A stretch of 64,000 nt of DNA from Lysobacterales bacterium (GTDB lineage: Bacteria; Pseudomonadota; Gammaproteobacteria; Xanthomonadales; SZUA-5). The position numbers were made by a program, and so were the translations under genes. Below are positions 59,038-64,000 of this stretch, piece by piece. The notes beneath the pieces are model-generated. The model was not told the DNA's origin. It saw only the letters and a program-made list of their open reading frames with translations, and made no database searches. Location: NCBI GenBank assembly GCA_022844165.1, contig JALHMH010000014.1, positions 32,001 through 96,000 on the forward strand, written 5' to 3'. The first letter of the stretch is position 1; each line of letters starts with the position of its first letter.

Positions 59038-62000
59038 TTGTCGATTGAGTCAAGCCTTTTCGGACTGCGGCTGTTGGTCCTGTCGTTTCTGGTCTCGATC
59101 GTTGGCACTTCGAGCGCAGACGTGCTGGTCGTTGACGATGTGGCAGAGACTGGATTGGAGCGTGGGGACCGCATCGTCGAGTTGATCGGTTCGGGCATGC
59201 GTTGGCCTGTCGCTGATCCGCTTGCGTTTGAGCTGGCGTGGTTGGAGTGCTCCGCGCAGCGAGCGTGCAGGATCGAAATCGAGCGCGACGGCCGGCGCGA
59301 ATCCCGCGCGCTTTGGATGGCGAGTGTTCCGGTGAAGGTTGCCGGCGATCCGCAGATTGATACGCTGGACGAGAGCGAACTGAGCCGTCTGGCTGCCAAA
59401 TATCTCACCGAGGGCAAACGCGGCACGGCCGCCTGGTACCAATTGCGGCGGGCCGAACGTGCCTTGCATTCTGCAGATCTGTCGGGTGCGGAAATGGCAG
59501 TGGGCGACGCCGCAGCCGCGGTGACCGATCCGAACTTAGGATCGCTTGTGCGGATCGAGTTTGCGCGATTGCTTCTCAGCCATGAACAGACCGGACAGGG
59601 CGCTTCGCTGCTCGATGAGTTGTCGTCCATGACATTGCCGCTGGCGCTTGGCGCGCGCGTCGTGCGCTTGCGCTGCGGTTTGCACTTTCAACGTTCGGAG
59701 CTGACGTTGGCGGAAGCCAAGTTGCGTGCCATTGCTCATCGTGTGCGCGTCGAGGCTCCTGGGTCGCATCTGTTGGCCGGCCTGTTGAACAGCCTCGCTG
59801 TTGTGATTCGCCCGCAAGGACGCATCGTTGAATCACGAGCGCTTTTTGATGAGGCGCGCCGAACCGCTGCAGCCTTTGCAGCACCATCGGTGATGGAGGT
59901 CATGATCGTGTCCAATATGGCCTTGCTGGAGCGTGCGGCCGGCGATCTGCCCAAGGCGGAGTCGTTGTTCCATGTGGCGCTGGCGATGCTCGAAAAGCTG
60001 CCGCCGCAGCCGGGTCTGCGTTTTGATACGCAGGCCAATCTGGCGCTGGTGTTGCTCGATCGCGGACGGACACGGGAAGCGGCGGCCATTTGGAACCTGG
60101 AGGTTCCAACGAACGATGCGCACGAGCAGGAACGGAACGCACGCGCCCAACAGAATCTGGCACTGGTCTTTGCCGCGCAAGGCAATCCTCGCGAGGCTGT
60201 CCGGCGTATGCGCATGTCGGTAGACCATTGGCGGGTTGCCGCACCAGACTCCATCGAAGAAGCGAATGCGCGCCTGGATCTGGGCACCTTCTCCGTGGAT
60301 ATCGGCGCGTTTGACGAGGCACGCGAGGCGCTGGCTGAAGCACTGCGATTGCACCGCACGATCGCGCCGCAAGGCACAGGCGTGATCAATAGCTACGACG
60401 CTTTGGCGACATTGGCGCTCGCCAGGGACGATGCGAAGCGCGCCGAGCACTGGCAACGCCGGGCTCTGGCGCTGAGAAATCGAAGCGAACAGGCTGGATG
60501 GCGGCGCGACACTGCATTGACGCAATTGGCACAGGCGCTGCACCAGCAAGGCAACAGCGATGCTGCACTCACGGCGCTGACCGAGGCGCAAGCGCATGCA
60601 AAGAGCACGGGTCGCGATGCGATGCTGGCCAATGCGTTGACGCTTCGCGGCGAGGTACTCATGGCACGTGGCGAGTCGGCTGCCGCGCGAACTGCGGCAT
60701 GCGACGCGGTCGAGCGCATCGAATTGCTGCGGGGAACCTCGCCCAGTGGCGCCGAGTTCCGGGCGCCGTTCACGCATCAGGCGGCTCCTATCTATCGGCG
60801 CTGCATGGATGCCGCGCTCGCCGTGGGCGATGTATCGGCGGTACTGGGCAACTACCAACGCGAGCGTCGTGGCGTTCTTCAAGCACTGCTCGTCGATCGC
60901 GATTTGCGATTTCGAGAACTGCCCGAGGGCCTGGCCAATGAACGCGGCGCGGCGCTCGCTGAACTTCAGCGCATCAGTGCGCAACTCGATACCGCGACCG
61001 AGAATCAGATTGCGGACCTGAAGCAACAGCGCGCCCGCGCCCGGGCGCAATTGAGACGTATCGATGAACGCATCGCAGTCGCGGTTCCGCAATTGCAACC
61101 ATGGAGCGCTGAGGCTGCAGCGGCGCCGGCTCGGGCACCGGCGGGCCACACGGTGATTGCCTATTCCGTTGGCAAGACCGATACGCTGCGGATCGTGCTT
61201 AGCGACGGTTCGCCGCGCATCGATCGATTGCCGATCGCGTCGGCTGATATCGAAAACAACGTCGCCGCTTGGCGGCAGGCCGTACTGCGTGGCGCGGCGA
61301 ACGAACCTGCCCTGGCGCGGACGCTCCACCAGAGTCTGCTCAGTGGGCTCAAGACCGAGAAGACGCTGGTGGTCGTGCCCGATGGCGCGCTGCATCGGCT
61401 GCCCTTTGCAGCGCTGCTCGCACCGGACGGCCGGCGCTTGATCGAGGATCACTTTCTTGCCCTTGCGTCATTGCTGCCCGGAGAATCGCCGTGCGCGAAA
61501 CCTTGTGGCGAGCGCGCTGGCATCGACCTGCTTGCGTTCGCCGAAGGGTCGGCTGTGGCCGGGCGCAACGCCCTGCCTGGCGTGGACATTGAGGTCGACG
61601 GTCTGCGCAAGCTCGGTTGGCCGCGAGTAGAAGTCCTTCGTGGGCCAGCGGCAACCGCCGACGCCTTGTTTCGCGAGGGCCCCAACGCTCGGCGCTTGCA
61701 TTTTGCCGCCCATGGCGTAAACGACGCGGCGTCGCCCATGGACAGCGCTTTAATGCTGCGATCCGGGGCTGCCGTGCAACCGTTGGCGGTTTGGCGCATT
61801 TTCGAAGAACTGCGACTCGACGCTGAACTGGTTGTTCTTGCGGCCTGCGACACGGCGCCTGGTCTGGCAGAGCGCGACGACGGGTGGCTTGGCCTGACGC
61901 GGGCCTTTCAATTTGCCGGCGCCGCGCAGGTTATCAGCGCGCTTTGGCCCGTTGGCGACCACAGTACGGCTGCCTTGATGGCCGGATTCCATCGCCATCT

Positions 62001-62181
62001 CGCTGCGGGCGCCGCGCCCGCCGAAGCGCTGGCGAAAAGCCAACGGGAGGCAATGGGCGCGGTCGAATCGATTGCCGAAGCTGCGCGCGGCGTTGGTGGT
62101 GTGAGCCCGGTTCGGCCGAGGTCGAAAGTCGGCTCGTGGGCCGCGTTCCACGTCTACTGGGCGCCGGATCGGTTGCAGTAA
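59038..62181 (+). CDS. PDZ-like/TPR/CHAT (caspase-like clan CD) protease, probably exported
   Basis: Intact dyad LHFAAHG (His codon 61711) and VVLAACDT (Cys codon 61846), VVPDGALHRLPFAAL, GLTRAFQFAGA..VISALWPVGD; TPR array; TTG 59038 after GGAG gives a signal peptide (the ORF is open from 58873). Confidence 0.85.
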   Translation: MSIESSLFGLRLLVLSFLVSIVGTSSADVLVVDDVAETGLERGDRIVELIGSGMRWPVADPLAFELAWLECSAQRACRIEIERDGRRESRALWMASVPVKVAGDPQIDTLDESELSRLAAKYLTEGKRGTAAWYQLRRAERALHSADLSGAEMAVGDAAAAVTDPNLGSLVRIEFARLLLSHEQTGQGASLLDELSSMTLPLALGARVVRLRCGLHFQRSELTLAEAKLRAIAHRVRVEAPGSHLLAGLLNSLAVVIRPQGRIVESRALFDEARRTAAAFAAPSVMEVMIVSNMALLERAAGDLPKAESLFHVALAMLEKLPPQPGLRFDTQANLALVLLDRGRTREAAAIWNLEVPTNDAHEQERNARAQQNLALVFAAQGNPREAVRRMRMSVDHWRVAAPDSIEEANARLDLGTFSVDIGAFDEAREALAEALRLHRTIAPQGTGVINSYDALATLALARDDAKRAEHWQRRALALRNRSEQAGWRRDTALTQLAQALHQQGNSDAALTALTEAQAHAKSTGRDAMLANALTLRGEVLMARGESAAARTAACDAVERIELLRGTSPSGAEFRAPFTHQAAPIYRRCMDAALAVGDVSAVLGNYQRERRGVLQALLVDRDLRFRELPEGLANERGAALAELQRISAQLDTATENQIADLKQQRARARAQLRRIDERIAVAVPQLQPWSAEAAAAPARAPAGHTVIAYSVGKTDTLRIVLSDGSPRIDRLPIASADIENNVAAWRQAVLRGAANEPALARTLHQSLLSGLKTEKTLVVVPDGALHRLPFAALLAPDGRRLIEDHFLALASLLPGESPCAKPCGERAGIDLLAFAEGSAVAGRNALPGVDIEVDGLRKLGWPRVEVLRGPAATADALFREGPNARRLHFAAHGVNDAASPMDSALMLRSGAAVQPLAVWRIFEELRLDAELVVLAACDTAPGLAERDDGWLGLTRAFQFAGAAQVISALWPVGDHSTAALMAGFHRHLAAGAAPAEALAKSQREAMGAVESIAEAARGVGGVSPVRPRSKVGSWAAFHVYWAPDRLQ

Positions 62182-62218
62182 GAGCTGCGCTTCAATCCCG
62201 GTCGATTTCTGGGCGCGG

Positions 62219-63073
62219 TCAGCTCCGCTTCGCCAGATACGTCGCAAAGAGCCCTGCGGTGATAAACATGATGAGCGAATACACCGCCGCCGGCACACTC
62301 ATCGCCGAGGAGCCGAGCACCGTGAGCGCGATATAGATCGCAAGCGTGCCATTGTGTACCCCGATTTCCATTGCGATCGCCGTGGCCTGGCGCTTCGGCA
62401 GATTCGCGGCGAGCGGCGCGAAGTAGCCTGCGCCCATGCTGATCAGGTTGAACAGCAGACACGCCAAACCGACCTGCGCAAAATAGGTTGGCATCGTGTC
62501 CCACTCCTGGTACACCGACCACGCGACCAGCGCGACGAGCAAAAAGACGCTCAGGATCTTGAGCGGCTTCTCGGCGCCGGCTGCGATGCGGGGCAGTTGC
62601 GCGCGAATGATCATGCCGATGATGACCGGAATGACAATGATCAGCCCGACCTCGATGACCTTGCGGAACGGTGGCGGAACATACTGATCGGAGTTCATGA
62701 ACCAGGCGAGCGCGAACTGCACGATCAGTGGCAATGTGAGCAGACAGAGCATGCTGTTGATGGCAGTCAACGTAATGTTCAGCGCCACATCGCCTTTGGC
62801 AAGATGACTGAATACATTCGCCGTTGCGCCACCGGGAGAGGCCGCCAGCAGCATCAAGCCCACTGCCAATTCCGGCGGCAATCCGAGAGCGATCGCCAAA
62901 CCGAAAGCGACTGTCGTCAGCAGCAGCATTTGCACCGCCAACCCGATCAACACCGCTTTGGGATACACCACCACACGCTTGAAGTCGGCGACGGACAGGT
63001 CCAGCCCCAGGCCAAACATGATGAAGCCCAATGCGAGCGGAAGTAAGAGCGTGGTAACGATCGTTTCTTGCAT
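62219..63073 (-). CDS. Bile acid:sodium symporter (BASS) family transporter
   Basis: IMFGLGL, SPGGATANVFSHLAKGDVALN, AMEIGVHNGTLA, VPAAVYSL. Confidence 0.92.
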   Translation of the reverse strand: MQETIVTTLLLPLALGFIMFGLGLDLSVADFKRVVVYPKAVLIGLAVQMLLLTTVAFGLAIALGLPPELAVGLMLLAASPGGATANVFSHLAKGDVALNITLTAINSMLCLLTLPLIVQFALAWFMNSDQYVPPPFRKVIEVGLIIVIPVIIGMIIRAQLPRIAAGAEKPLKILSVFLLVALVAWSVYQEWDTMPTYFAQVGLACLLFNLISMGAGYFAPLAANLPKRQATAIAMEIGVHNGTLAIYIALTVLGSSAMSVPAAVYSLIMFITAGLFATYLAKRS

Positions 63074-63196
63074 GGCAGGAATCCTGAGCTTGCAGACCGA
63101 ATGGCGGAGAGCGACCGCTGAACGCGAACGCTCGCACTCTAGCGGACGATGCAGCCGCCGGGTCAATGTTCTTCGTCAGCAAGGCTCGATACGAAA

Positions 63197-63293
63197 CGCG
63201 TGTCGGTGGCAAATTTGTGCCAGCGGTGTGGGTCGGACTTCCGGTCGGAAGGAATGCGAACACACCTCATGGCGCGGAATCCACCGACAAGCG
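63197..63293. other. Intergenic nested inverted repeats (structured element / REP-like remnant)
   Basis: TGTCGGTGG (63201-09) / CCACCGACA (63281-89) enclose GGTGTG/CACACC and CTTCC-ggtc-GGAAG. Confidence 0.45.
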
Positions 63294-63340
63294 CCAGGCT
63301 TCCAGGCGGTGCGCGCCCAAGATGGCGCGAGCCGACGAGA

Positions 63341-64000
63341 TCATTTCGGCACGAAGCGCCGCGTTATCAGGTGCACCAGCAGCGCAACCGCTAATGCCAG
63401 CGAAAACGCTGCGGCGATGCCCAGCTCAGCCAGCGTCGACGCCAGAACGGCGCAAAAGCAGGCAAACGAGAAATAGCCCCAGACCATCCCGCGCAGCAGC
63501 CGTGTCGCAAATGGACCGCCCGATTGCCGGTGCGAAAAACCCACCAGCACGGTACTCATCACCGGAAACATTGCCAACAGGCCGCTCAAGCGCGGGCCCA
63601 GGTGCGCAGCACCCCAGGTCACCACCAGCACCAGCGCCGTGGCGCTTCCAAGGCGCCAGGGCAGGTCGCTGGTCGCGGTCCTGCCAGTGATCCAGCGCGG
63701 CACGCTGGGAAACGCCAGCGGCACCAGCAGCAGCGCCGCGATGACGCAGACGAAGGACTCCGTCAAGCTGGTATCCAGCTGTCGCAACCCGAGCACCGCC
63801 AGCGCGTACAGGCAAAGGGCAATAAACATGCAGTCTGGCCAGTGCCGTCGCTGCGCCGCCCACGCATAGGCGAGGTTGAACACCAGAATCGCCAGCACGG
63901 CGAGCAGGGTGCCGTGCGCCGCCGTCGCGGCAAAGGGCGTGCCCTGTTCCAGCGCGATGATCAGCAGGATCGGCCCGGACAGAATTGGAAACGCCGATAG
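63341..64000 (-). CDS. Polytopic membrane protein (5' truncated by window)
   Basis: Frame open from the window edge: LSAFPILSGPILL...; internal repeat LGPRLSGLLAMFPV; multiple TMs. Confidence 0.7.
   Translation of the reverse strand, partial: LSAFPILSGPILLIIALEQGTPFAATAAHGTLLAVLAILVFNLAYAWAAQRRHWPDCMFIALCLYALAVLGLRQLDTSLTESFVCVIAALLLVPLAFPSVPRWITGRTATSDLPWRLGSATALVLVVTWGAAHLGPRLSGLLAMFPVMSTVLVGFSHRQSGGPFATRLLRGMVWGYFSFACFCAVLASTLAELGIAAAFSLALAVALLVHLITRRFVPK

Noticed and set aside
59038-62181. CHAT protease as part of a type III-E CRISPR (Craspase) or other recognisable defence island
   Set aside because: No cas, gasdermin-like, sigma/anti-sigma or other defence genes nearby; the flanks are housekeeping genes
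63207-63222. TGGCACAAATTTGC (minus strand) as a sigma54 promoter
   Set aside because: GG-to-GC spacing is 9 nt, not the strictly required 10
1-64000. Prophage, IS or integrative element
   Set aside because: No integrase, transposase, phage structural genes or att-like long direct repeats recognised

Overview
About 64 kb of GC-rich bacterial chromosome, most likely a Xanthomonadales-type gammaproteobacterium (inferred from gene content and order). The first 11 kb is the distal complex I operon (nuoE partial, nuoF-N). Core genes follow: prpB, pspF, yggX, rapA, tadA, metH, Fe(III) ABC permease/ATPase, alkA-like glycosylase, pilU, mutL, ampE-like, fadD and a TrmH methylase. There is also a six-gene RDD-SpoIIM-DUF4129-DUF4350-MoxR-DUF58 operon. 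I found no rRNA, tRNA, CRISPR array, transposase or integrase. The four most notable accessory signals are: (1) a secreted 411-aa protein (57563-58798) whose motifs line up in order with the lysyl oxidase catalytic domain, including His/Lys/Tyr at LOX-like spacing, encoded head-to-head with an apparently exported PDZ-TPR-CHAT caspase-like protease; (2) an exported iota-class (COG4337-like) carbonic anhydrase upstream of a two-component system, preceded by four 22-23 bp-phased GTTCA boxes and a 17-copy AATGGCT tandem repeat; (3) a multi-Ig PHB depolymerase next to a TonB-dependent receptor and an orphan prpB; (4) a divergent SecB-like ORF translationally coupled to pilU-alkA. All family assignments come from reading motifs by eye; no searches were run.
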